A stretch of DNA of 64,000 nucleotides from Anaeramoeba ignava BMAN (lineage: Eukaryota > Protista > Anaeramoebae): NCBI GenBank assembly GCA_028826165.1, contig JAPDFW010000028.1:1-64000 (forward strand). Direction: 5' to 3'. A model generated the notes under the pieces. That model had not been told where the DNA came from. It ran no database searches and saw only the letters and a list, made by a program, of their open reading frames with translations. Positions 12,401-22,559 of this stretch are shown here, piece after piece; the first letter of the stretch is position 1, and each line of letters begins with the position of its first letter. A program made the translations under genes and the position numbers.

Positions 12401-13353
12401 GCAGAATGTAAAATTGTTTCATTCCATATTGTTTTTGAATTAATATCAAGATTTTTGGAAATTAAATATTCAATAACTTCAATTGAATTGTTATAACAAG
12501 CATAATGTAATATTGTTTCATTCCATTTGGTTTTTGAATTAATATTAATTCCTTTAGATATTAAATATTCAATAACTTCAATTGAATTGCTTTTACATGC
12601 AGAATGTAAAATTGTTTTATATTGATTTGCTTTTGAATTAATATTAATTCCTTTGGAAATTAAATATTCAATAACTTGAATTGAATTGCTTTTAGATGCA
12701 TAATGTAATACTGTTTTATTTTGTTTTGTTTTTTCATTTATATTATTAATTCCTTTGGAAATTAAATATTCGATAACTTCGATTGAATTATTTTGACATG
12801 CAAAATGTAAAACTGTTTTATTTTCATTTGTTTTTTCATTTATATTATTATTTCCTTTAGAAAGTAAATATTCAATAATTTTAATTGAATTATATTCACA
12901 TGCATAATGTAATATTGTTTTATTTCTGTTTGTCTTTTCATTTATATTATTAATTTTATTGGAAATTAAATATTCAATAATTTCAATTAATTCTTTTTCA
13001 TTTTTTAAATATTTTATTAAATAATGAATAATTGTTTTTCCTTTTTTATCTTTTGAATTAATATCAATTCCTTTTGTAATTAATAATTTAATTATTTCAA
13101 TTTTTGATTGATTTATAATTGAAATTTGTAATAAATTTCTTCCTTTTTTATCTTTAAAATTAATATCATTATCATCATTATTAAATAATTTTGTTATTAA
13201 ATATTCAATTATTTCTTTGGAAACTTTTTGTTTTATTGAATATTTTATTATTTTCTTTTTATCTTTTTCTTCATTAATAATTTCTTTTATAATTTCTTTA
13301 ATTTTTTCAATTTCATTTTCTTTTATAATTTTATAAATTTTATTTTTATTCAT
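9495..13353 (-). CDS. Intronless ankyrin-repeat + tandem BTB protein, copy 2 (tandem duplicate); 1-nt insertion near 9741 splits the last BTB
   Basis: Near-identical to copy 1 at both ends. Copy 1 ATT AGA AGT GAA reads ATT AAG AAG TGA here; ORF 9495-9719 supplies the remaining C-terminus. Confidence 0.92.
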
Positions 13354-13448
13354 TTTATTTATTTTTATTTTATTTTTTGAAATGAAAAAAAATGAAAAAA
13401 AATTTTTTAATTTTTCATTTTTTCATTTTTTCTGAATAAGTTTTTTCC
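13354..13448. promoter_or_regulatory. Compact bidirectional promoter with Inr-like TTTTCATTTT elements on both strands
   Basis: 95 bp between divergent ATGs, with AAATGAAAA repeats on the left and TTTTCATTTT repeats on the right. The same motif precedes most start codons in the window. Confidence 0.6.
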
Positions 13449-14243
13449 ATGTCATTAATTTCTTTAATAAATAAACAATCTTTTTCTCTTTCAAAATCAT
13501 TTAATTCTTCATTATTTCAAAATAAAAATACATTTAATTTTATTTTTGTAAGAAAAAAAAATTTAAATTAAAAAAAAATTTTTTCGAAATTAAAAAAAAT
13601 TAAAAAATCAAAAAAGAAAAAAATACCTAAATTTAGATTATTTAGTCAAAACATAACAAATGATTCAAAAGAAAATGAATCAAATGATTCAAAAGAAAAA
13701 GAATCAAATGATTCAAAAGAAAAAGAATCAAATGATTTAAAAGAAAATATTGAAAAATTAAAAGAAGAAAAAGAAAAGTTATCAAAAGAATTAACAGAAA
13801 CAAAAAACAATTATTTAAGAAGTATTGCAGATATGGATAATTTCAGAAAACAAACAGAAAACCAAATCAATTTAATAAAACAATATTCAATTCAAAATTT
13901 CGCAATTAAAATTTTTGAAGTTGCTGATAATTTGGATCGAACGTTAGAAAATTTTCCAGAAGAAAAAGTGAAAGAAATTTCTGAAAAAACACAAGAATTT
14001 AAAGTGTTATTTGATGGGGTTGAAATGACAAGAAAAGAACTAACAAAAGTATTTGAAAAATTCAATATTTTTAAAATTCCAACGAAAAAAGGTGATTTAT
14101 TTGACCCAATTATTCATAACGCAGTATTTCAAGTTTCAGATGATAATTTACAACCAGGAACAATAGCAATTATTATTAAATCAGGATATAAACTTAGAGA
14201 AAGAGTTATTAGAGCAACTGATGTTGGAGTAGTTAAAAAATAA
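13449..14243 (+). CDS. grpE: GrpE/Mge1 nucleotide-exchange factor with N-terminal organellar targeting peptide; exons 13449-13547 and 13617-14243
   Basis: YLRSIADMDNFRKQT, FAIKIFEVADNLDR, FDPIIHNAV, GYKLRERVIRATDVGV. The phase-0 intron gives MSLISLINKQSFSLSKSFNSSLFQNKNTFNFIF|KKIPKFRLFSQ. Confidence 0.93.
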
Positions 14244-14330
14244 ATAGAAAAAATTAAAAAGATTATTTTTTTTTTTAAAATTTTTTCAATTCATTTTTTT
14301 CATTTTCATTTTCATTTTCTTTTTAAAAAA

Positions 14331-15863
14331 ATGGAAAAAGAATTTTCAAATACAAATAAATTAGTTACAAATTTAAAACAATTATTAGACTCAAAATATT
14401 TATCAGATTTTGTTATTTTTATACATGAAAATACAATTGAAAATAAAAAAACTCAATTTAATTGTCACAAATCAATACTTTCAATTAGAAGTGAATATTT
14501 TAAAGGACTTTTAGAATCAAAAATGAAAGAATCACAAACAGGAATAGCAAATTTTTATGGAATCACACCAAATTTTTTTGAAGATATTTTGAATTATATT
14601 TACACTGGAAAAATTACTTTAAATCAAGAAAATACAATTTCAATCATGATTTTTGCTTCTAAATATTTATTTCCAGAATTGACTAAATATTGTGAAGAAT
14701 ATCTTATTGAAAAAGTCTCTATTGATACCGTTGCTTCTATTTTGGATATTGCTTTCCAATATAAAATCTTGAATCTTCATGATTTTTGTCTTAAATTCGC
14801 AATTTCAAATTTTTATCAATTAGTTCAATCAGGATATTTTTATCAATTATCTGGTTATCACTTGCAAAAAATACTTGAAAATGATGAGCTGATATTTGAT
14901 AGTGAAATTGATTTGTTCCATAATTTGATCAAATGGGGAAATCATAATATTAAATTGTATGGAGATGGAGATAATCTTGAAAAAAAAGAAACACATTCAA
15001 AACTTAAATCATTTGTTAAATTATTTAAAAAGATTCGTTTTTGTGATTTTGATATTAAGGATATTGAAAAAATAAGTAGTTTAAATATCATCAACAAGAA
15101 AATGATGAGTGATATTGATTTGTATTTCAAAATTCGAGAAAAATTAAATAATGATAGAAATATTGGGAAGAAAGAAAGAATTGAATATCAAAAGCAACAT
15201 GAAGAACTTACGAAAAGAGCTCAAGATAAAAAATGGAAAATATTTTGTTCAAGATCAAGACTTAAATATAAAGACACATTGATTACACCTGAATATTTAT
15301 CATGTTTCAAGAAATGGATAGGAAATGAAGTTTTCTTAAGTAATCTTGTTTTAGGTTATTCTGCGCAAAGAGATGGATTTTCATCTTTTAAATTCCATCA
15401 AAAATGTGATAATAAAGGAGAAACTATTGTGATTATTAAAACAAAGAAAGGTTTTATTTTTGGTGGTTATACAAAAGTTGGATTTTCAACTAATAAAAAA
15501 TTATGGATTAATGATTATGTAGATTACAGTTCAATTGAAGATCCAAATGCTTTTTTATTTCAATTAGCAAATATTAATGGATCATCTTTTTGGAAATTTC
15601 CTATTCAAATTGATAAATTTCAATTTGCTGTTTATTATAATCCTAATTTAGGACCTTCTTTTGGAAATATTTCTAAAAGAGATTTTCAAGTTGAAAAAGA
15701 TATGAAAACTGGATGGTGTCATTTTGGAATTAATTATCAAGTTCCAAAAGATTTAGGTATTGATTTAGATATTGATTTAGATGGAAATTTTAATTATTTT
15801 TTAGCAGGTGAAATACATTTTAAAATTGAAGAAGTGCAAGTATTTTATTTAAAAGATAATTAA
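14331..15863 (+). CDS. BTB/POZ-BACK-TLDc domain protein (510 aa)
   Basis: BTB SDFVI..FNCHKSILSIRSEYFKGL; BACK SEIDLFHNLIKW; TLDc YSAQRDGFSSFKFHQKCDNKGETIVIIKT..IFGGYT..DPNAFLF..GPSFG..IEEVQVF. Confidence 0.93.
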   Translation: MEKEFSNTNKLVTNLKQLLDSKYLSDFVIFIHENTIENKKTQFNCHKSILSIRSEYFKGLLESKMKESQTGIANFYGITPNFFEDILNYIYTGKITLNQENTISIMIFASKYLFPELTKYCEEYLIEKVSIDTVASILDIAFQYKILNLHDFCLKFAISNFYQLVQSGYFYQLSGYHLQKILENDELIFDSEIDLFHNLIKWGNHNIKLYGDGDNLEKKETHSKLKSFVKLFKKIRFCDFDIKDIEKISSLNIINKKMMSDIDLYFKIREKLNNDRNIGKKERIEYQKQHEELTKRAQDKKWKIFCSRSRLKYKDTLITPEYLSCFKKWIGNEVFLSNLVLGYSAQRDGFSSFKFHQKCDNKGETIVIIKTKKGFIFGGYTKVGFSTNKKLWINDYVDYSSIEDPNAFLFQLANINGSSFWKFPIQIDKFQFAVYYNPNLGPSFGNISKRDFQVEKDMKTGWCHFGINYQVPKDLGIDLDIDLDGNFNYFLAGEIHFKIEEVQVFYLKDN

Positions 15864-15871
15864 ATCCAAAA

Positions 15872-15872
15872 C

Positions 15873-15928
<56 letters not shown>

Positions 15929-15985
15929 AAAAAAAAGAAAGAAAGAAAGAAAGAAAGAAAGAATGAATGAATGAATGAATGAAAT
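15872..15985. repeat. (AAAG)n followed by (GAAT)n microsatellite
   Basis: Direct reading, just 3' of the BTB-TLDc stop codon. Confidence 0.95.
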
Positions 15986-16400
15986 AATTAATTCAAAAGA
16001 ATAATCAAAATATGAAATAATCAATTTAATCCAAAAGAATAATCAAAATATGAAATAATTAATTTAATCCAAAACATGAAAGAATGAATTTATTAATTTA
16101 ATTCAAAAGAATAATCAAAATATGAAATAACTAATTTAATCCAAAAGAATAATCAAAATATGAAATAATCAATTCAAAAGAATAATCAAAAAATTCAATT
16201 TAATTCAAAACATGAAAGAATGAAATACTAATTCAAAGAATAATCAAAATATGAAATGAATGAATTCAAAACATGAAAGAATGAATTTATTAATTTAATT
16301 CAAAAGAATAATTTTGAAATAATTTTTTAATCCAAAAGAATAATTAATTTAATCCAAATCATGAAAGAATGAAATAACCAATTTAATCCAAAATAAGAAA
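15985..16400. repeat. Degenerate ~35-40-bp tandem repeat (CAAAAGAATAATCAAAATATGAAATAA... with ACATGAAAGAATGAA variants)
   Basis: Direct reading. Confidence 0.8.
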
Positions 16401-16546
16401 AGAAATACTCAAAGAAAATAATGAATGAAAATGTTTGTTTTTGTTTTTGTTTTTGTTTTTTTTATTCTCAAATTCAATTAAAATTTTTTTCATTTTTCAT
16501 TTTTTCATTTTTCATTTTTCATTTTTCATTTTTCATTTTTTATAAA

Positions 16547-16940
16547 ATGTTATTTCAAATTTTATTTACAAATTTTAAAGGATTTGTTATTTATGAAAAA
16601 AATTATGATCCAAATGAACTTGAAAATTTAAAATGGAATAAATTACTTTATGAAACAACTCAACCTTTTTGGGAAAATTTAAAAGAAGGAAATGAAGAAG
16701 TTTTTCAATTTAATGATAAAGTTACTATTTTAATGAAAGTTGGAAATGTTTTAATATTTTTAACAGGAAAAGAAGATTATACTGAAATATTTTGTAGTTT
16801 CTTTTTTAAAAATCAAAATCAAAATCAAAAAGAAAATTTTAAATTTTAATTTTGAATATTTTATTGAATAGATTAAAAGAATTTTAGGAACAGGAATTTC
16901 TAAAGAAAAAATTATTGAATTTTATGATGATTTAAATTAA
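16547..16940 (+). pseudogene. TSPOON/LOLITA-like longin small subunit of the TSET/TPLATE complex; apparently truncated or missing an exon
   Basis: MLFQILFTNFKGFVIYE..LKWNKLL..VGNVLIFLTGKEDYTEI aligns to recalled plant LOLITA (MILAVLFANSVGNVLIE..LHWRSFL..LGDVSIFLVGKDEYDEL). Donor at 16794 is phase 1. The next piece, 16872-16940 (IKRILGTGISKEKIIEFYDDLN*), is phase-incompatible and short. Confidence 0.65.
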
Positions 16941-17409
16941 AAAAAAAAATTTTTAGGAACAGGAATTTTTTATTATTTTAAAAAATAAAAAAAAATTAAT
17001 TGATTAATATCAAAGAAATTTAAAAATTCCAAAAATTGTTTTTCTGAAAAATAAAAAAGTGGAACAAAATAATAAAAATAAAAAAAAAAATTCATTTATT
17101 TTTATTAACTTATAAAAATGAGAAAAATATCATTTTTTTCAATATTTTCTAAAAAAAATAAAAAGGGATATTATGTTCGAAGATATGAAGACGTCCCTGA
17201 AAATATGATCTAAAAATTTGCAAAAATTGTTTTTCAGAAAATAAAAAAAATAAAATAAAATTCTCTATTATATCTTCTCCCTCATCTCAATCTAAAAAAA
17301 GTGGAACAAAATAATAAAAATAAAAAAATTCTTTTTTAAATTTAAAGCAGCATCCTAAAAGAGTCATTAACTTATAAAAATGAGAAAAAAATATCATTTT
17401 TTTTTCAAT

Positions 17410-17570
17410 ATTTTCTAAAACACGAAGATCCACTTCATGTTCTTTCTGCGGATATTATGTTCGAAGATATGAAGACGTCCCTGAAAATATGATTCTTCTT
17501 GATAATAAATCAACTAAAAATGCCAGAATTATTTGCAAATAATGCTATGAAATCTCAGAAAATAAAATAA
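17410..17570 (+). pseudogene. Degenerate zinc-finger (FYVE-like) coding fragment with an in-frame stop; partly duplicated at ~17105-17210
   Basis: Translates SKTRRSTSCSFCGYYVRRYEDVPENMILLDNKSTKNARIICK*CYEISENK, i.e. two CxxC pairs with the second interrupted by TAA. Confidence 0.4.
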
Positions 17571-17680
17571 AATAAAATAAAATTCCCTATTATATCTTCT
17601 CCCTCATCTCCATCTAAAAAAAGTGGAACAAAATAATAAAAATAATAAAATTATTTTTTAAATTTAAATTTAAATCAAAT

Positions 17681-17905
17681 TTAATTAAAATATAAACAAC
17701 CTTCAATACTATCTTTTTTAGCTCCAGTTACTGATTTCAAAGTATTAATTTGATTATTTTTTCTTAAAAGTGCAAGAAAAGCAAAAATAAGAGCTTCTTT
17801 ATAATCAATAATTTCTTTTGAAGGAATAACAAAAAAAATTAAAAAAGGAGAATAAGAATAATTTTCAATTTCTTCGGTTATTCTTATTGCTAGATAATCA
17901 AGGAA
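17681..17905 (-). pseudogene. anmK: C-terminal fragment of a bacterial-type anhydro-N-acetylmuramic acid kinase
   Basis: ATG-less open frame [84 protein letters not shown]...IN.L.SVTGA....G is the AnmK C-terminal signature, here in its Bacteroidota-like form. Confidence 0.75.
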
Positions 17906-17939
17906 TTAAAAAAAAAAAACTTTCTATTTATTCAATCCG

Positions 17940-18780
17940 AAATTTATCTCATTCAAAATAGCATATTTTGAAAGTTATCATGGAAAAAATCTTTAAAATA
18001 GATATTTGGAATGAATATCTTCAATTTAATTAATTAATTAAATACTTTACCCTATATCATGGGAAAAAATCTTTGAGATAAATATTTGGAATGAATATCT
18101 TAAATTTAATTAATTAAATTGAATTTGAAATCCAAATAAAATATCTGACACCCTATCATGGAAAAAATCTTTAAAATAAATATTTGGAATTAATATCTTA
18201 AATTATTTAATTAATTAAATTGAAATCAAAATAATTTATTTTGAAACATACCATGGAAAAAATCTTTAAGATAAATATTTGGAAATAAAATCTTCAATTA
18301 TTTAATTAATTAAATTGAAATCAAAATAATTTATTTTGAAACATACCATGGAAAAAATCTTTAAGATAAATATTTGGAAATAATATCTTCAATTAATTAA
18401 ATTGAAATCAAAATAACTTCTTTATCTCCTATCATGGAAAAAATATTTAAAATAAATATTTGGAAATAATATCTTAAATTATTTAATTAATTAAGTTGAA
18501 ATCAAAATCACTTCTTTGAAAGCTATCACGGGAAAAAATCTTTGAGATAAATATTTGGAAATAATATCTTAAATTATTTAATTAATTAAATTGAAATCAA
18601 AATAATTTATTTTGAAACATACCATGGAAAAAATCTTTGAGATAAATATTTGGAAATAAAATCTCTAATCAATTTATCTCATTCAAAATATCATATTTTG
18701 AAACATACCATGGAAAAAATCTTTGAGATAAATATTTGGAAAGAATATCTTAAATTAATTTAATTAAATTGAAATCAAAA
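17940..18780. repeat. Nine-unit tandem array of 79-99 bp with conserved core CATGGAAAAAATCTTTRARATAAATATTTGGAA
   Basis: Core starts at about 17979, 18058, 18157, 18252, 18347, 18433, 18527, 18623 and 18709. Confidence 0.9.
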
Positions 18781-19204
18781 AATATTGAGAAAAAAAATTC
18801 AAATAAACTCAACATTTCTAAAATCAATTCTTTTCTAAATTCATTCTTCAATAATATTTAGAATCAATAAATATCTCCAAAAATACATTGGAAAAAAATT
18901 TCTCTGCAAAAATGGGGGATCTTATTTAAATATTTCACCAAAATTAGAAAAAAAAAATACTGAAATTCAAAGAAAAATTCAAAGAAAAAATTTCAAAATT
19001 AAAAAAAAGAAAAAGGTTCGATAAAAAAAGAAATCAATTTTGGCAAATAAAAAACTCATAAAAAATTTTGGTTTTTATTATAAAAAAAAAAGTAAAAAAA
19101 TGAAAAAAATGAAAAAAATGAAAATGAAATTTTGATCAAAAATTTTTTTTTTTAATTTTTTTCATTTTTTTACTTTTAAAAATCAAAAGAAGAAAAAAAG
19201 AATA

Positions 19205-20545
19205 ATGATTTCCAGACTTTTTCTAATTGTTTTTTGTGCCTCTCTTTTAGGTTTAGTTTATTCAATTGATTTACAAGAAGCAAAAACACTTTTTAAAGAT
19301 TTTCAGAATAAATTTGAAAAAATTTATGAAACTGAAGAAGAAAATGAATATAGATTTCAAGTGTTTCAAGAAAATCTTGAAATAGCAAAGAATAAAAATG
19401 CAAAACAAGAATTAACTCATTTTGGAATTACAAAATTTAGTGATTTAACTTCAGGTAATTTTGATATTATGAAAAAATTAATAAAATAATAAAATAAAAT
19501 AATTAAATAATAAAAATTATATAAAAAATTGATTATGATTCTCTTGTTTTTTTTTTGAAATGAAACAATTACGAATTTTTTTTTTTAATCATTTTTTTTT
19601 GCCTTTTTGGTTCATTTTGACAAAATTCTCATTTTTTTTTTTCAATTTAAAAAGAGGAATTCAAAAGTATAATTTTAAGTGAATTTCAACCAATTTATGG
19701 ACAAAATGCTAGAAAATATGAGAAAAAAGATGAATTAAGAGCACTTCCCGATTCCTTTGATTGGAGAGAAAAAGGGGCAGTAACAGTTGTAAAAGATCAA
19801 GGAGATTGTGGATCATGTTGGGCATTTTCAGCCGTTGGAGCGATTGAAGGTGTTTGGAAACTTTCAGGACATGATCTTGTTAGTTTATCAACTCAACAAC
19901 TAATTGATTGTGATAAAAATGATTCTGGTTGTGATGGTGGTTGGATGTTAACTGCTTTTGATTATGTTATTGCTAACGGTCTTGAAACTGATGTTGATTA
20001 TCCTTATTATGCTTATAAAAGAACTTGTGTTTATGATCAAAAAAAAGTTCTTGCTCATATTTCAAATTATACAACTGTTGCCCAAGATGAAACTGTTATT
20101 GCCCAGTATTTAATGGATCATAATCCACTTTCTGCTGCTCTTGATGCTACTGGTTTGTTTTTTTTTAAAAAAAAAAAGCAAAAAAAAAAATTCGGAACTT
20201 TTTATTTGCTTTTTTTTTTTTTTCTTTTTAGATCTTCAATTATATGATGGTGGAATTCTTTTCCCAGATCAATGCAATTCTGGTGAGTATTATTTGAATC
20301 ATGGTATTTTATTAGTTGGTTTTGGAACTTCTGGTCGAGTTACTTATTGGATTTGCAAAAATAGGTTTGTTTATTTATTATTATTATTAATTTTAATTTT
20401 AATATTAATATTAATATTTATTTTTATTATTTTTCCAAATTAAAGTTGGGGAACTGGTTGGGGAATTCAAAATGGATATTTCTTAATTGTTCGAGGAATT
20501 AATGCATGTGGAATTTCTGATGCTGTTTCTTCTCCAATTTATTGA
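19205..20545 (+). CDS. Papain-family (C1A) cysteine protease, cathepsin L/F-like; exons 19205-19454, 19655-20152, 20232-20364, 20446-20545
   Basis: Signal peptide; I29 prodomain (EENEYRFQVFQEN, FGITKFSDLT); LPDSFDWREKGAVT; QGDCGSCWAF; LNHGILLVG; WICKNSWG. All introns are GT-AG and phase-compatible. Confidence 0.96.
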
Positions 20546-20790
20546 TTTTGATTTTGATTTGAATTGATTTTGATTTTGATTTGATTTGAATTGATTTTGA
20601 TTTTGATTTGATTTGAATTGATTTTGATTTGAATTGATTTGAATTGATTTGAATTGATTTTGATTTTGATTTGAATTGATTTTGATTTTGATTTGAATTG
20701 ATTTTGATTTGAATTGATTTTGATTTTGATTTGATTTGAATTGATTTTGATTTGATTTTGATTTGAATTGATTTGAATTGATTTTGATTT
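20545..20790. repeat. (GATTTT/GAATT/GATTT)n simple repeat 3' of the cathepsin gene
   Basis: Direct reading. Confidence 0.9.
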
Positions 20791-20909
20791 AAAAAGTGGA
20801 ACAAAATTTCTTTTAATTTTCCTTTTAATTTTTCAAATCAAAAGAAAAAAAAACAAAAAAAACTTTTTTCATTTTTTTTCATTTTTCTTTTTTATTTTTT
20901 CTTTTTAAA

Positions 20910-22450
20910 ATGTCACATTCAGATTATGATTTTTGTTTTAAAATTGTTATTGTTGGTGATCCTCGTAATTTTATATAAAAAAAAAATTAAATCAAAACAA
21001 CAAAATAAAATTTAATTAAAAAAAAAAAAGATTGTGGAAAAAGTTGCATTTTAATTAGATATACAGAAGATAAATTTACTGATGGTTCTTAATAATTTTA
21101 TAAAAAAAAGAATAAACAAAAAAATTTTCAAAATAACTAACTAATCAATTCTATTAAATTTAAAATACATTTTTTGATCTAAAAATTTTTCTTTTTAAAA
21201 TTTTCAAATTTTTTTCATAATTTTTTTCGTCAACAAAAGATTATGAAACTACTTTAAGTGTTGGAATTGGAACGAGAATGATTAAAGTTGATAATTTCCA
21301 ACTTAAATTAGATATTTGGGATACAGTAAAAAATTTATAAGAAAGATCAAAACAAAATATTTTTTTTTTGGATTGTTTTATAAAAATATTTTTCTCAATT
21401 TTTATTAAAATTAGGCAGGACAAGATACATTTAAAGCACTTACAAAATCATATTTTAGAGGAGCTGCAGGAGCTTTTGTTGTTTATGATATTACTCGGTA
21501 ATTGAATATTTTTTTTCCGAATTTGATTTTAAATTTAATTTTAAATTTGATTTTTAATTTGATTTTTAAATTTAATTTTTGGATTGAATTTAAATTTGAT
21601 TTTAAATTTAATTTTTAATTTGATTTTAAATTTGATTTTTAAATTTAATTTTAAATTTCTTTTTAAATTTCTTTCTAAATTTGATTTTAAATTTAATTTT
21701 TAATTTGATTTTAAATTTGATTTTAAATTTAATTTTTGAATTTGATTTTTTAAATTTGATTTTAAATTTGATTTTAAATTTAATTTTAAATTTGATTTTA
21801 AATTTAATTTTAGATTTGATTTTAAATTTGATTTTTTGGATTGATTTTTAAATTTAATTTTAAATTTAATTTTAAATTTAATTTTAAATTTAATTTTAAA
21901 TTTGATTTTTAATTTAATTTTAAATTTGATTTTAAATTTGATTTTTAATTTAATTTTTAATTTGATTTTTTTTATAGAAAAGATACATTTGAAACAGCAA
22001 AAGTTTGGATGAATGATTTAAGAGATGAAGTTCCAGGAATTCCAATCATTTTAATTGGAAATAAATATGATTTAGCTCATAGAAGACAAGTTACTTCTGA
22101 ACAAGCTGAAGGATTTGCAAATGAAAATAAAATTTTATTTCAAGAAACTTCAGCTAAAGAAGGAATTGGAATTGAAGATGTAAACAATTTATTTTAAACT
22201 AAATCACAAAAAATAATTTTTTTCCCTTCATTTTTATTCTTATTAGGCTTTTAGAGGTCTTTCTAAAAAAATCCTTATTCAAGCACAAAAAGGAGAAGTA
22301 AAAATTAAATTATTTTTTTTGTTCCACTTTTTTTTAATATTTTTTTTTTCTTTTTTTTAGAATAAAGAAGTAATAAGTGGAAAAAAATCAAGTCCAAATA
22401 TTCAAATTAGTAGTGATTTTGAAGAACAAAAGAAAAACAAATGTTGTTGA
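20910..22450 (+). CDS. Rab-family small GTPase (divergent, Rab2/4/14-like); exons 20910-20964, 21031-21084, 21240-21325, 21415-21497, 21978-22179, 22247-22297, 22361-22450
   Basis: Spliced protein contains GDPHCGKS, IWDTAGQ, SYFRGAAGAFVVYDITR, GNKYD, ETSAK and the C-terminal prenylation motif CC*. Confidence 0.93.
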
Positions 22451-22559
22451 AATCTTTTGAAAAGAATTGAATTTTGAATTTTTTTTATTAAAGAAATAAT
22501 TTTTGATTTATTCCTTTTTTCTCCTTAAATAAAAAATCAAAATTTTCAAAATATTTTTA

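Noticed and set aside
17538-17545. TAA reassigned to Gln (ICK*CYE)
   Set aside because: TAA terminates many clear genes in the window (GrpE, BTB-TLDc, Uba3, ankyrin genes); this is a nonsense change in a fragment.
17940-18780. CRISPR array
   Set aside because: Spacers are related to one another and some are identical, unit length is irregular, there are no cas genes, and the context is eukaryotic.
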